A stretch of 64,000 bases of DNA from Octopus vulgaris (lineage: Eukaryota), in contig OX597825.1 of the NCBI GenBank assembly GCA_951406725.2, positions 37,076,001-37,140,000 of the forward strand, read 5' to 3'. Position 1 is the first letter of the stretch; each line of letters opens with the position of its first letter. This document shows positions 1 through 13,062 of this stretch, in pieces. The notes beneath the pieces were generated by a model. That model made no database searches. It worked only from the letters and a program-made list of their open reading frames with translations, and was not told the DNA's origin. The position numbers and the translations under genes are program-made.

Positions 1-42
1 GAGAGAGAGAGTGAGAGAGAGAGAATGTAACATATATATATG

Positions 43-127
<85 letters not shown>

Positions 128-403
128 GTATGTACATATATATATATGTATATATATGTGTGTATATATATGTATATATATATGTGTGTATGTATATATA
201 TGTATATGTATATATATATCGAGAGATAGAGGGAAAGAGAGAGAAAGAAAGAGAGAGTGATGGAAATACAAAAGAGATACACATAACGAGATCGCAATAT
301 ATACATATATATAAACACATACTCACACATACACAGATACACAGGTAGGGAGATGAACAGTCAAACGCATAGGCAAACAGACATATAGTTAAAGGAGATA
401 GAG

Positions 404-451
<48 letters not shown>

Positions 452-460
452 GGAGAGAGA
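1..460. repeat. Compound (GA)n/(TA)n microsatellite region
   Basis: Direct reading: (GA)n 1-23, interrupted (TA)n 32-218, (TA)n(GA)n ~410-460; explains the IYIY ORFs. Confidence 0.95.
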
Positions 461-2720
461 CGGAGAAAGATTATCCATAGCAGTATTTAATTTTCTGTTC
501 TAAAGTAAGTTCTCATGATGCTATTAATTAAGAATGCGAAATAATTAGACAGAATTGAGAATTTGTCGAATAATAATTAATTTAACAAACGATGCATGGA
601 TAAGGATGGGTTAAATAAGTGAAATATAAACAAATTTTAATTTTTAGGCTAGATTCAATTCACTTTCACTATTGATGATATTGACAAAAGCATGAATGTC
701 ACAACTTCCAGTTTCTTGAAAGTAATATATAGTGTTGACGCTGATAAAGAAAAGTCAATAGTTAATTGAATTAAAAAACAGTTTTGAAGTATTAAGTGTA
801 TTGTCGATTAAATTGATTCTAATATGTTATTTGCACTTATTTTATCGATCCAGAATTCATGAAAGTAAAAATAACTTTCGGAGAGATTTTAAAATGATAA
901 AACACAAGGAAAAGACTAAACAGTATCAGGTATATATTTACTTCAATAATGCTGAGTTGCTACCATCTTACCATCATAAACTCTGACAGAATTTGTAAAG
1001 AAGGACCTTCATTTTCCTAGTCATAGATGTAAACTCTGCTTCCACTTATTCTCATTTTTATGGTTCAATCAGAAGATGAAAAGCTGTACCCATATCTCTT
1101 TTGCATTTTCATCGAAACTGGTGCTAGAAAGGAAGGAAGAAATAGTGAATCATAATTTAACACAGATAAAAGAACAGAATGGACCCCATTAAAAGCACCC
1201 ACACGACAGGTTCAAGTCTGAGACCAAAATGATGGATTATGATTACTACTCATGACGTGGTTATCAGACTTCACGATTGGGATTAGCTGAATTATGATGT
1301 GTTGGAAAATGAACTTCGGCTACAATTTGTTGCTCTTTCTAAATGACATCTCTTGCGGTTGCATAGAGATAAGCATAGGTAGAGAGATAGATAGAAACAG
1401 GGGTGGGGGGTGGGGTGGATTTCTGCTTACAACTTCCGTTTCCGCATGAGCCCTGAAGCTAGAAACAATTAAAGCAACCTACTTTTGTCCTTGATAGTTG
1501 TGTTCTTTTTTGCTTCTGGTTAGACCGTTTGTGTATCGAAAACTGTGTTTTTTGTTGTTACAAATCTTTGAGTAAGATTGGCTTCTGAATGTCTTCCAAA
1601 TAATAAACTCCAGATTTCCGTCCTCTATTCATGTGGGTTTGCATTCCTCTGGTATCGTCATTTAGATGATTCCCCACATTAGTTTTGACATTTGTGTGCT
1701 CTGATATAGAAGAGATAAATAAAATCTTTCAAGAAAACTTTAACAAACAAGTCTTTCTCTCACAGTATTGCCGAACACTTTCCATTCACGATTTTTTTCT
1801 TATTAAATTAGAAGTGGGGAAAGACTGTGCTTATGGAATTTTAGGGCTCTGCCCGACTCTGTGTTGAGTTATTAACGTGAACCTCAACAGAGACTTGTAC
1901 CGCAAAGTTAATTTTCTTATTCTTTTTGATCAGAGGGAAATAAAATGTCAACTAACGAAAATAATTTCCTAGTCGCATCATTAATAGGTGGTTTGAGAAC
2001 TTTAGCCATATTTTTGGAGCTTATCTAACATACAGCTAAATGATATGATCTTTTTTATCAGTTTAGGTTCAGAGTTTATTCCTTTTTCCCTACTGACATA
2101 TAACTATACCATTTTCCCCTATTTTTCAACCTGTTAAAGTGCAAATGCATGCTTGAATTACGGTTCGTGCAAGTATAATTTTTTTCTGTTATCGATTTTA
2201 TCCTTTAGCTTTGCAATTTTCTCTGCATTTTTCTTTAAAAATATAACTGCCATTGGTGTTGTTGTACTCAGTACTACTTTAGTACTTTTAATGCATTTTA
2301 CTGACAGTGATATTGTAGGAAATATTAATTTGCTTATTGAATTTTCTTTTGGCAAATACTATCTCGATTGCTTTTCCTCTCGTTCTAAATAAGAGTTCTG
2401 TATCTATTAATGTGGGTATTGCCTGTGACCTCAGGAAACCCAGCCATGCAGAAAAAGAATTCCTACTATGAAAATCGAAAAATTAGATAACAGATGAATG
2501 TTTTCTTCTAAATGCGAAAGATATATAGCAATTCAACTCCCCTCTTCTTTTCTGACATCATCAGAATATAACTTGCTCTTGTCCCTTTAGTAGCAGTAGA
2601 AGGATTGACGGTGGTACGATGTGAACACACATGTCTTGATCCCTTCACGTTAGTGATACTATATATGTGTGTATGTGTGTGTGTCTTTGTAAAGAGAGAT
2701 AGTGAGTTGTGTGTGTGTAT

Positions 2721-2764
<44 letters not shown>

Positions 2765-3371
2765 CGATTCTTGCACTTGACTGGTACCTTTCAACGCCAA
2801 AGGATTGAATGGCAAGTTTGCTACTGAGGGACTTTGAAATTAGGGTGTAGAGAGCCTGAACAGTAATCTCAAAGCATATTATTAGTTGATCTAGCAACTA
2901 TACCAATTCGCCGCCTTAATAGAATAAATAGAAATTATATAACGGATGTTTGAAGAGAACGTAAGAAAAAGCACACAAATTCAACTTAAGGAACTTAATC
3001 ATGTGTTAACCTAGTTAATATGCTATAAACGTGATTTATATCATAGGTTCAAAACATTGTGTGCTTTGACGTAATTGTCAAAATTCCTACCCGGTACTTC
3101 ACTGGTAGCAGATATTTTCTGTGATCCCAATGGAAATCGAACTTAGATCTAAAATAGATACAATTAAATTCTGTAAAGTGTTTTGTCTACTACTCTTCAT
3201 TCAAACATTCACTGCTCTTACCAATGATAGCCACAAAAATGTTCAAGTTACGTGCACGACCACACATTTTAGGCAGCTCCCAGTATTTCACTGTTATTAA
3301 TAGTATTCAGCCCCACGGAGATACAAAGCAAAATTGACCTCGGTGAGATTTTAAGACAGAATACTCTACCC

Positions 3372-3945
3372 TACTCTAGGAACAAGGTTCGAAATTTTGG
3401 GGGAGAGGCCAGACAATTAGATCGACTCCAATATGCAAATGGCACATAATTTATCGACCCCGAAAGGATGAAAGGCAAAGTCGAGCTCGGTGGATTTTGA
3501 ACTCAGAACTTAAAGTCAGACAAAATACCTATTTCTTTACTACCCACTAGGGGCTTAACACAGAGAGAATAAACAAGGACAGACAAACGGATTAAGTCGA
3601 TTATATCGACCCCAGTGCGTAACTGGTACTTATTTAATCGACCCCGAAAGGATGAAAGGCAAAGTCGACCTCGGCGGAATTTGAATTCAGAACGTAACGG
3701 CAGACGAAATACCTATTTTTTTGCTACCCACAAGGGGTTAAACACAGAGGAGACAAACAAGGACAGACACATGGATTTAAGTCGATTAGATTGACCCAAT
3801 GCGTAACTGGTACTTATTTAATCGACCCCGAAAGGATGAAGGGCAAAGTCGACCTCGGCAGAATTTGAACTCAGAACTCAGCAGCAGACGAAATACCGCT
3901 AAGCATTTCGCCCGGCGTGATAACGTTTCTGCCAGCTCACCGCCT
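3372..3945 (-). mobile_element. Tandem array of tRNA-derived SINE (family A): one head plus three body units, 184-bp period
   Basis: Minus strand reads GGCGGTGAGCTGGCAGAA (A-box-like) ... GAGTTCAAATTC (B-box-like) ... GCCTTTCATCCTTTCGGGGTCGAT-AAATAAGTACCAG core, with the body present three times; junctions at 3529/3530 and 3713/3714. Confidence 0.9.
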
Positions 3946-4184
3946 ACTACATATTGGAAGGCTTTTTATCCAGCGCTGTACTGGTTTTGACAAGCGACTG
4001 GTAAGAACTCAGTGGGTACTGGAAATGGGTGAGATACCGATTAACAAAATAAAAATTATTTTACAGTTTATTATTTCGCTGCTGTACGTTCTGAATTTAG
4101 ACAGCAGCGAGAATTATTATTTGTTTTTATCTTGATCCTGCGGTGACAATAAAGTATTTTATAATTGGCATTTAGTTATTGTAT

Positions 4185-4545
4185 TCAAGTCCGCAATTTA
4201 AATCCTGCCCAGTTCAACGTTGACTTTTATCCTTCCGTGATCGATAAAATAAAGTACAATTCAAGTACTGGAATCGATTTAATCGACAACACTCTTATTT
4301 AAATTGATTAATATTGCGCGAAACTAAGAAATCAATATTAAATATTTCGATTTTTCGCACAAAGCCAGTAGTTTAAGAAGGAGGCTGGGGGTTATTCGAT
4401 TACAGTGCTCTACTGGTACTTATTTTATCGCCTGCGAATTAATGAAGGGCAAAATCGACGGAAACTGAACTCAAAATGTAAAGAGTCGGAAAAAACGCTG
4501 CTGAACAATGTGTTAGACGCGCTAACGTGTTTGGCAGCCTGCCAC
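4185..4545. mobile_element. Two decayed family A SINE copies, tail to tail (+ ~4185-4330, - ~4345-4545)
   Basis: Core GACTTTTATCCTTCCGTGATCGATAAAATAAAGTAC on +; CTGGTACTTATTTTATCG...GAACTCAAAA on the opposite strand. Confidence 0.7.
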
Positions 4546-5238
4546 AACAGATTAGTATTAATAATGATTAAAATAGTTAAACGCAACGTAGGGTAACAAT
4601 TCAGGTTCTGATTTCAATTTCTTCCCTGTGTCTTAGTAATGTACAAGTAAAGAAACCTTAACATCATTAAATATTGTGTCTTCCTTCTTATACTTTATAC
4701 ATTTAGTATCTTAAACTATAATAACTGAACGTTTCTCCCACAGTAAAAGATTCAAGTCTCTTTAGAGAAATGTAAACAAGTTAAAAATCAGTAAATTTTT
4801 CTTTAAATTTTCCGAGTGAAAAAATTTTAAACGTATGACATTAAAAGTTATATTTTTTTCCTGTATTTTATCTCAATAATATTTTGTTTTACATAACATA
4901 GTCATTTGTTTTGAATGAAAACAATTTGTATTCTTACTTTCATGTTCTAGTTGAAAACCTTTTGTAGTGAACTTATCCAAAGATTCTCTTTTTCTTGTAA
5001 AAGAACCGGACAGGAATGAAACTTCAATGTTTTGTGCATGTTACAAAATATTGATTGTTCAAAGAAATCCTTGAAGTAGGTCAAGAGGAAGACTCTGAAA
5101 AAACAAAAGCGACAACTGAGCTGATAATATTATGGAGATAATAGTATTGAAGATGCAACGATTAATAAGAGCCTGCAGATGATAGAGATTAATCGAAAGA
5201 ATTGTTGGATGAGCCGTCTCTACGCATGTGCGCGTCCC

Positions 5239-5274
<36 letters not shown>

Positions 5275-5651
5275 TATATATATATATATATACAGACGTG
5301 TGCATGCGCGCGTACACACATCTACAAACACTAAGCATTAGCGGTTGCAGATGTTGATGATGATGATATGAAAGTGATAATGATGATGGTGGTCAGAAGA
5401 GAAAGATCAGCGCACACAACGTTTTCTAGAGTTTCCGTATCTGGTGAAAATACGGGATGAAGTTATCCTCAGATCAGAGAGTAACTTGAACTGGATTTGC
5501 AACGGGTCAAAAACTCAGTTAAAGGCAGCTAAGGACTGCGGTAGCGGTACTGTTAAAGCTAGCGTCAGATTTAATTCCACTAAGCGAAAGACAAAGCGGA
5601 AACAGATAATTCCATGCTATTCAAAAAAATAAAGATAATAACGATAATGAT

Positions 5652-5730
<79 letters not shown>

Positions 5731-5842
5731 ATGATTGTGATAAAAGTAAAATAAAACCCCAGAAAATAATTTTATGAAATGCTTTCCATTCAAGGTTATA
5801 ACCATTTCATATGAGTTATATTGCTAATTCCCTTGGGTAAAC

Positions 5843-6079
5843 TGTTGTGACGAGAGTTACAATTCCCCCTTGCCAGAGATAGACGGTTCGAGTAATGTAT
5901 AGTAATGATCCGAGTGAGTTCAAAAGTTCAGAGTTCGGAGTCGAGTGAAGTTCGTGTAAGTTCGCAGTGAAGTCGGAAGGTGTCGGTTGATTAGTTCGTA
6001 AAGATATTCGTTACTTCGTTGCATTGTTGTTACTGTTTGGTTATTTTATTCATTATACGTAGCAAATTACTTTACAGCA
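5843..6079 (+). repeat. 5' LTR
   Basis: TGTTGTGA...TTACAGCA termini; shares GTGAAGTCGGAAGGTGTCGGTTG and other blocks with 10275-10539; start could be 5843 or 5846. Confidence 0.85.
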
Positions 6080-6081
6080 TC

Positions 6082-6092
6082 TGGCGACGAGG
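6082..6092 (+). promoter_or_regulatory. Primer-binding site, tRNA-Ser(GCU) type
   Basis: TGGCGACGAGG 2 nt after the LTR end, complementary to the 3' end (...CCUCGUCG-CCA) of metazoan tRNA-Ser(GCU). Confidence 0.8.
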
Positions 6093-6149
6093 GTTTCGAA
6101 GCTCTTGTAGGTTATTTAACAACTTGCTCGTCATACAACTTGTTAAATA

Positions 6150-7020
6150 ATGGAAGACTTATTAGCCGCCATAGTACAGTTGCAAAAACAACAACTAGAG
6201 CAGCAACAGGAATTGCAGAAGCAACTATTGCACCAACAACTACAACAACAATTATTGGAGCTATATTCACAGAAGTTCAAAAAGGAGGCAAGTTCGTTTT
6301 CGGCAGACGGCATTTCGAAATCGATTAATGAATTCAGTTATAACCCAGAGGAGGGTATAACTTTTGCATCGTGCTACAAAAGGTACGAAAAGAGTTTTAA
6401 GCAAGATTGCAAATCATGGTCGGATGAACAAAAAGGGAAATTGTTATTGCGAAAATTAGTTCCGTTAGAGCATGAACGTTACTGTAATTTCATATTGCCC
6501 AAAAAATCCAATGAAATTTGTTTTAAGGAAACAATAGAATTAATGTCTAACATATTCCCTCGAATGGAGTGTTGGAATATAACGAAAAAAGAGAATGATG
6601 ATTTTATCACATACACAGGAACAGTGAACAGGATGTGTGGACGTTTTAAACTGAAACAACTTACATCTGAGATGTTCAAGTGTCTTATTTTCCTACAAGG
6701 CCTTACAGCAAGCAAAGATATAGAAATTCGAGCAAGAGTTCTTTCTAAATTAGAACAAGCGAACCAAGATCTAACTTTACAATCTGTGGCAGTAGAATGC
6801 CAAAGGATATTAAACCTGAAACACGATGTAGAAAAAATTCAAGAAAAGGATTCCTCAAAAATACAGATAAGCCGATCGGAAATGTAAAACCCCAAAAAGA
6901 GCGCCACGTCCTGATCCATGTTATAGATGTGGGGGCATACATTTCAGAAAAGACTTTCCATTTAAAATCAAAGATGTTACAGTTGTAAAAGAATTGGTCA
7001 CAAGAGTTCACACTGTAGAA
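6150..7020 (+). pseudogene. gag-like ORF of the Gypsy element (245-aa open part plus frameshifted zinc knuckles)
   Basis: ORF 6150-6887 with Q-rich N-terminus and Gypsy gag-like segments (LLLRKL...HERYCNFILPK; FKCLIFLQGL); downstream frameshifted CYRCGGIH and CYSCKRIGHKSSHC knuckles at ~6919-7016. Confidence 0.85.
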
Positions 7021-7099
7021 CAAAATTACGAAGGTCAAACGTTAAAAATCCTAGAGTGCTCTCAGCAGAAACAAAAATCAACTCCCAAATAAAAAAATT

Positions 7100-9960
7100 C
7101 GTACACGTAAAAATAAATGGAATACATATTAAGTTTCAATTGGATACTGGAAGTGATATTTGAATAATAAATGAGGACACATAGAAGAAAATAGGGATAC
7201 CTATGTTGAGAAAAAACAACGAAATCTGCACGTAGCGTGACGAGCGACAAATTACATTTCATAGGTGAAATGTGGACTAATGTCACATTTAGAGGGAAAA
7301 TCTTTTTCGAAGCGAAAGTCTTTGTCGTTAAAAATGCAACTGATCTGTTTGGTACCGAATTAGAATTATTCGATTTATGGGACCTCCCCATAAATCTCTA
7401 TTGTAAAAACGTAAAGGGTTGTCCCTGTAAATATAATTCATCTGAAGGGTTAAAGTGAAAATTTTCAAAAATGTGTCCGCAAGTACTCTCGGACAAACTA
7501 GGTCTATGCACAGAAACTGAAGCGTGTTTTGAATTAGATGATAACATTACACCTGTGTTCAAGCCTGATAGGAAAGCGCCTTTTGCGACAGTAAAGTAAG
7601 TGGACAATGAGTTGGGTATTTTTGAAAAAAAAAACCGAATCCTTGAAATAGTGGATTACGCAAAATGGGCAGCTCCGACTGTATCTATAAAAAAGATAAA
7701 TTGCAAAATTAGGTTGTGTGCCGATTTTTCAACCGGTTTATATGACTATTCAAAAATGAACCATTATCCACTACCGACCCCAGAAGATATTTTTACAAAA
7801 CTAAACGAAGGAAAGATATCTTCAAAACTCGATCTTTCTGACGCATGTCTACAAATGAAAGTAGATAAAAAAAATGCTCAGAGCAGTTATCGGTCAACAC
7901 ACACAGAGATCTATACAAATACGATAGACTGTCTCCTGGACTGAAGGTAGCACCTGCAATATTTCAGCAGGTGATGGACGCGATGCTGGCAGACTGTCAA
8001 TTTGCCATTCCTTACCTTGATGACGTGTTAAACAAAAGCGAATCGCGGAATGAGCATATCGACCACGTGAAGTGTGTTTTTAAAAAAAACTAAGGATTAT
8101 GGTTTCACACTCAGTGAAGAAAAGTGTGAATTGTTTTTGCCTAAAATCAAATACCTAGGTCAAATGATAGATAAGAATGGAGGACATTCTGACCCGTCGA
8201 ACGTAGATGCAATCAAGGGTATACCTCCTCCATCTAATATACCCACATTACAAGATTTCCTTGGCCTAGTAAATTACTGTCAACAGTACATTCCAAATAT
8301 ACATAAATTGAGAGCACCATTAAACGATTTACCAAAAAAAGAAGTAAAATGGAATTGGTCAGTAAAATGTCAAAAACGCATTTGAAGTCATAAAAGAAAT
8401 ACTCATTTCTAACTTGACTCTAGTGCATTTCGGTCCTAGAATGGACATTGTTGTAGCGTCTGATGCTTCAGAGCATGGAATAGAAGCAGTCATGCTACAC
8501 AAGTATAAAGATGGAAATATGAAGTTAGTAGTTCATGCTTGCCGTTCGCTGATAGCAGCGGAGAAAAGTATAATCAGATAGAGAAGTAAGCTCTATCAAT
8601 TATTTTTGCAATGAAAAATCACAAATTTTTACATGAGTGAAGTTTTTTCTTACAAACCGACCATCGACTGTTATTATCAATTTCTGGATCAAAGAAGGGA
8701 TTGCCTACCCATACAGCGAACCGACTACAATGCTGGGGTACAATATTGCTGAACTACAATTTTAAGATACAGTATATTCCGTCGAAGAAAATTGGTCATG
8801 CAGACTGCTTATCGAGGCTAATTCTCAAGAGTGTGGAATCGCTAAAAGAGACCGAGATAGCGTCACTGCAGTCAGAAAATGAAGTAAGAAGTATTGTGTG
8901 TAATATAATCCAGAAACTTCCGCTGACAGCGCATAGTATAAAAATTAAATCCGTAGAGGATAGTTACATTAAAAGAATGAAAGAAACATTGAAAAATAAG
9001 TACTATAAAAATACAAATTCATATAATTTCTCACTATGCGATGATGTCTTAATGTACGCGCAGAGAGTAGTAGTACCAAGTGCACTACAGAAATAAGTAT
9101 TGCAACAATTCCCCTGTGGGCACTCGGGAATGTCCACAACAAAAGATTTAATGAGAAGCCGACTATGGACAGGGGCATCGAGAAATTGGTGCAAGCATGT
9201 AGAAGTAGCGCGTTGGCAGCCAAAGCACCACCAGTAAAATACCAATCGTGGCTGGAGACTGCGAGACCAGGGTCCAGGATACATATCGATTACGCTGGAC
9301 CAGTGAACGGCGCATATTATCTAATCGCTGTGAAATCTATACAAAGTGGCCAGAGGTAAGCAGATGTTATAAACCCAAAGCAAAGACAACAATAAAGTTC
9401 CTACTCGAGTTAATTGTTCGATACCGTGTTCTAGTTACGTTAGTTTCAGATAATAGAACACAATTCACGAGATACGAATTAAGAATTTTCTGCAAAATAC
9501 ATGCCACCACCCGAGGTCAAATGAGAAAATGGAAAAATTTGTCAAATAGCTCTAAGAAAAGCTAGGAACGAGCTAGAGAATGACGCGGCACTAACGAAAT
9601 TTATCAGAGCATATAGAATAACCCGAAATCCAAATACTAATTCAGGAAAGTCACCAGTAGAGTTAATGTTCGCGCGTAAAATAAAATCGAATTATTGCGA
9701 GGAAAAAATACATATAGAAGAAAGACAAAAATATATTTGAAAGAAGTACAAGAAATATTACAAAACATTTCGAAGTAGGAGATAAAGTTCATTTTAAAAA
9801 CTACAAAAATAGTAAAGAAAGTTGGAGGATCGCTGTGTGATTAAAAGATTTATGTAACATGATGTATTTAATTAAAGGACAACGTTCGGAACATAAGAGA
9901 CACCTCAACCAGTTAAAGATGAGACATAGAAGAACAAAGGTTAATACCAATGAAAGTCTG
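7100..9960 (+). pseudogene. Disrupted pol (aspartic protease, RT, RNase H, integrase)
   Basis: FQLDTGSDI ~7135; WAAPTV/IRLCADFSTGL/YPLPTPEDIF/SKLDLSDA; YLDD at 8013-8024; IKYLG; SDASEHG ~8458; ANRLQCWGTILLNYNFKIQY; RIHIDYAGP ~9277. Confidence 0.92.
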
Positions 9961-10264
9961 CTATAATATGTTTGAAGTAGCAGCACTGAGAGATATTGAA
10001 CCTTCTAGAACTAGCTTCAGAAAACGAAAACAGACTGAATATCTGCAAGTAATACCTAAACAAAAAATGATATTAAATTTTTTAAAAATCAATAGTGCTT
10101 AGTGCAACGAAAAGAAAAAGTGCTGTGTGTAACGAAAAATACTGCCTTAAAAGCCGGGCAACAATTAAGATGCAACAACTACGAAAAAAACAAAGAGAGA
10201 GAGAGGTGCTGGAAATAAAAATAAAATAAAAGACATTCCACTTTCTCACAGTAGTCGAAATCTC

Positions 10265-10274
10265 AAAAGGGAGA
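10265..10274 (+). other. Polypurine tract
   Basis: AAAAGGGAGA immediately before the 3' LTR. Confidence 0.75.
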
Positions 10275-10539
10275 CGTGATGAGAATTACGATGCCCTCTT
10301 GCGAGAGATTGACTGGTCTGAGTAAAGTATAAACAGTAACGATCCAAGTTACTTAAAAACTTCAGAGTTTGGAGTCGTGTTAGCTCGTGTTAGTTCGGAG
10401 TGAAGTCGGAAGGTGTCGGTTGGTTAGTTCACAAAGAATATTGATTGTTGGTTCATAAAGAGATTTGTTAGGACGTTATATTATTGTTATTGTTGTCTGG
10501 TTATCTTATTTATCGTAAGTAACAAATTACGTTACAACA
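10275..10539 (+). repeat. 3' LTR
   Basis: CGTGATGAGA...GTTACAACA; roughly 75-80% identical to the 5' LTR by eye, with a ~25-nt extra block. Confidence 0.85.
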
Positions 10540-11663
10540 CTGAAATACATCCAAATATCAATTAAGTTATATCTTACAATTTAAAAGTGAAGGCCACAAT
10601 AGATAATTTAGCCCAAAGTGTTAAAAGAAAGAATGGCTCCTAGTGGAATGCTTTTGATTATAACAATGTCTTTTGAGAGCCAGCTAGGGGTTATCAACAA
10701 ATGAAACTTAACAGTACTTGAATTCATAGTTTTGTTTCTGTTTAACCGAAAAATTTTAAGCTACCTGCAAGCAATGTTGGGACTCAGTTTTCATTGCTAG
10801 CAGGAACTATTTCTTTAAATCTTCATCACAGCTACTGCTGGAAAAAAATGATATAAATCCCTGGAGGACTCTGCTGGATGTTTGCCCTTTGTATTTTGAC
10901 GTTCACCACAAACATTTATCATTTCCATGTATCTGCTATCTTTTTGATGCGAAGATGTTTCTTTTTTTTTTGAAATTTTTACTGGCATATGTGGTTATAC
11001 AGCGGGTGGAGAAATCATGCAGCTATAAATAATATGTTATTACACAAGTGTATTCTTAATGGAATCCAAATTGAAATTTTCCTGTTTTTTGTTAGTATTC
11101 AAAATTAAAACAATGATAAAAAAATATCTTAGGAAATTATAAAACTTAAAAAAGAAGCTCGTTTTGTCATTCATGGAAGTTATTCAAATTCGTTCTATTT
11201 TGTTCAAAATTTGCATTCCTTCCAGAGATCTGTTCAGCGTTTATTAAATGTGGTTGTTAGTTTCTAAAACTTTATTTCAAATCAGAAATGTAATTTTTGT
11301 TTTGTTTTAAATCCAGTTATTTTCGTTTATTCTCTACGTTTCTTTTAAAATTTATAATTAACAATTTTTTAGAAAAAAATAATATTAAAAAAAATGCAAT
11401 ATCTTAATTTGATTCATTTTCAGCTAGCTGATTTCTTGAAATTAATGTTGCTATCGTACAGGAAAGAAAATTAGGTCTGATTCAACGGTTAGAAAGATGA
11501 AAGAAAACTACAATTTGTAGGGTAGACGAACTGTGAATAGACATGGAAAATGTGTATACAGTTCAGTAGACCAGTGAAAATATCCAACGTGTATAGAATT
11601 ATTGATAAATAAGAGATTAGTTTTGGAAGACGATGTTTTCATGTTTTCTTTCTTTCTCTCTCA

Positions 11664-11704
<41 letters not shown>

Positions 11705-12578
11705 CAGTTATTGCTACTGGACCTCTCTGTCCAAGAGAAGATACGATTTAGCAAGTGGGAAGTTCAAATCCATTAGGATCGTCCCGAAAGAGTTGCAATG
11801 AATGGTTCCGACCAATCAGTCACCTCTTGTAATGGACTGCTGTACATAAACATCAAATATCTCAGCTAATCTTTAATGAAACTCTGTTTATTATTACTGT
11901 CAATATTTACTATTATTAGTCATGTGGTGTGATAACAGTAGAATCACTGAAGCCATCGATTGCTGTTGTTTCTGTTTAATCCTGCTTAGCTTTGGTTGAG
12001 CAAACTTATGATCAAATATATTCTGTCGCTCTTTTACGCACATATATCAAGCACTCCATTATTTGATGTGTTCTCTTTTCATAGCTACAGCGGTGTGATT
12101 TGATAGAGATTTAGATTGTATTTCTTGCAAGTGTAGCGATCACATCGAGGTTCTGCAACTTTGGGTTGTTACAAGTACATCACCCGGTTCTCGTTCCGAA
12201 GTTCCCACTGGTATGGATGCATGTTGAACGAATTTGTCTCGCAACCAAGTGATTCAGTCTTTGATAAAACTTCGGAAAATCTTCGGCAAGTGCAATTCAC
12301 CATAACATGGGATTGCGCAATTCATTGGTGTAAGCATGTATATATACACATATATTCAGATGACAACGAGCATGACTTAAGTAAACACATTGCATCAGAC
12401 ATCCGGATACACAACAAAAAGAGTAACGACATAATTCTTTTGAGAAATGATTTAATGTAATAAAAGAATTTTGCTATATATATATATATGTAGGGAGAAT
12501 TCCCACAAAAAGAAAAATAGACGAAGACAGGTGGTGTAGACAACAAACAGATGTTTAACACTCGGGAAGTGAATAAAT

Positions 12579-12614
12579 CTTTAACGTTTCGAGCCTACGC
12601 TCTTCCACAGAAAG
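12579..12614 (-). ncRNA. Minimal type I hammerhead-ribozyme-like motif in a Penelope-type short repeat (~12491-12665)
   Basis: Minus strand: CTTT-CTGTGGA-A-GAGC gtag GCTC-GAA-ACGT-T-AAAG, i.e. stem I CTTT/AAAG, stem II GAGC/GCTC, palindromic loopless stem III ACGT; core position 6 is U instead of A. Confidence 0.65.
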
Positions 12615-12805
12615 GAACACAGAAAGAAACAAGGAGAGAAAATAAAGAATGTGTAGTGGCTAGGAAAGCAGAAAGTGCAAAAAAGTTAAGAAGAGTTCAA
12701 AAGGTTCAAAAGCTTCGAATGTCGTGGTGTATTGGAGCGATTTCTCACCAACAGAAGAGCCCAGTGTAATCCATGGGTAGGAGAGGTGCAGCTGAATTAT
12801 ATATA

Positions 12806-12852
<47 letters not shown>

Positions 12853-13018
12853 AGTAAAGATTATTTGCGAACATAATGTGGCAGTCCTGGTTAGGACGAT
12901 TATTACTGTTATTTAGCCGCAGGAAACATTGTCTCCTGCTAGCTATACGTCTCACTATCTGCCTCATTATATTTTCAAACACAGGAGTTCAGCGTCCCAA
13001 CTCAGCTCAAAGCAATAT

Positions 13019-13062
13019 CTGTGTACCAATGGTTTCTGGGTTATTTCCGTTCAGCAGCACAG
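13019..13062 (-). ncRNA. Type I hammerhead-ribozyme-like motif (decayed stem II)
   Basis: Minus strand: CTGTG-CTGCTGA-ACGGaaataaCCCA-GAA-ACCA t TGGT-A-CACAG; stems I and III pair perfectly, stem II has only 2 bp, core A6 is C. Confidence 0.55.

Larger units (their letters stand above)
5843..10539 (+). mobile_element. Full-length decayed Ty3/Gypsy LTR retrotransposon (Mag-like, K02A2.6-type)
   Basis: Two LTRs, PBS, PPT and domain order gag-CCHC-protease-RT-RNaseH-integrase; many stops and frameshifts; no convincing TSD. Confidence 0.95.

Noticed and set aside
1480-2420. Decayed LINE ORF1 on the minus strand
   Set aside because: Only faint hints (Cys spacing, ...PEAKK); too degenerate to call.
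5425-5476. CTGAGGA...CCGTAT/ATACGG-AAAC on the minus strand
   Set aside because: A ~10-nt unpaired linker before stem II and no stem I; treated as chance.
5838-10544. Target-site duplication of the Gypsy element
   Set aside because: No 4-6-bp match for either candidate LTR start (best CTGT/CTGA).
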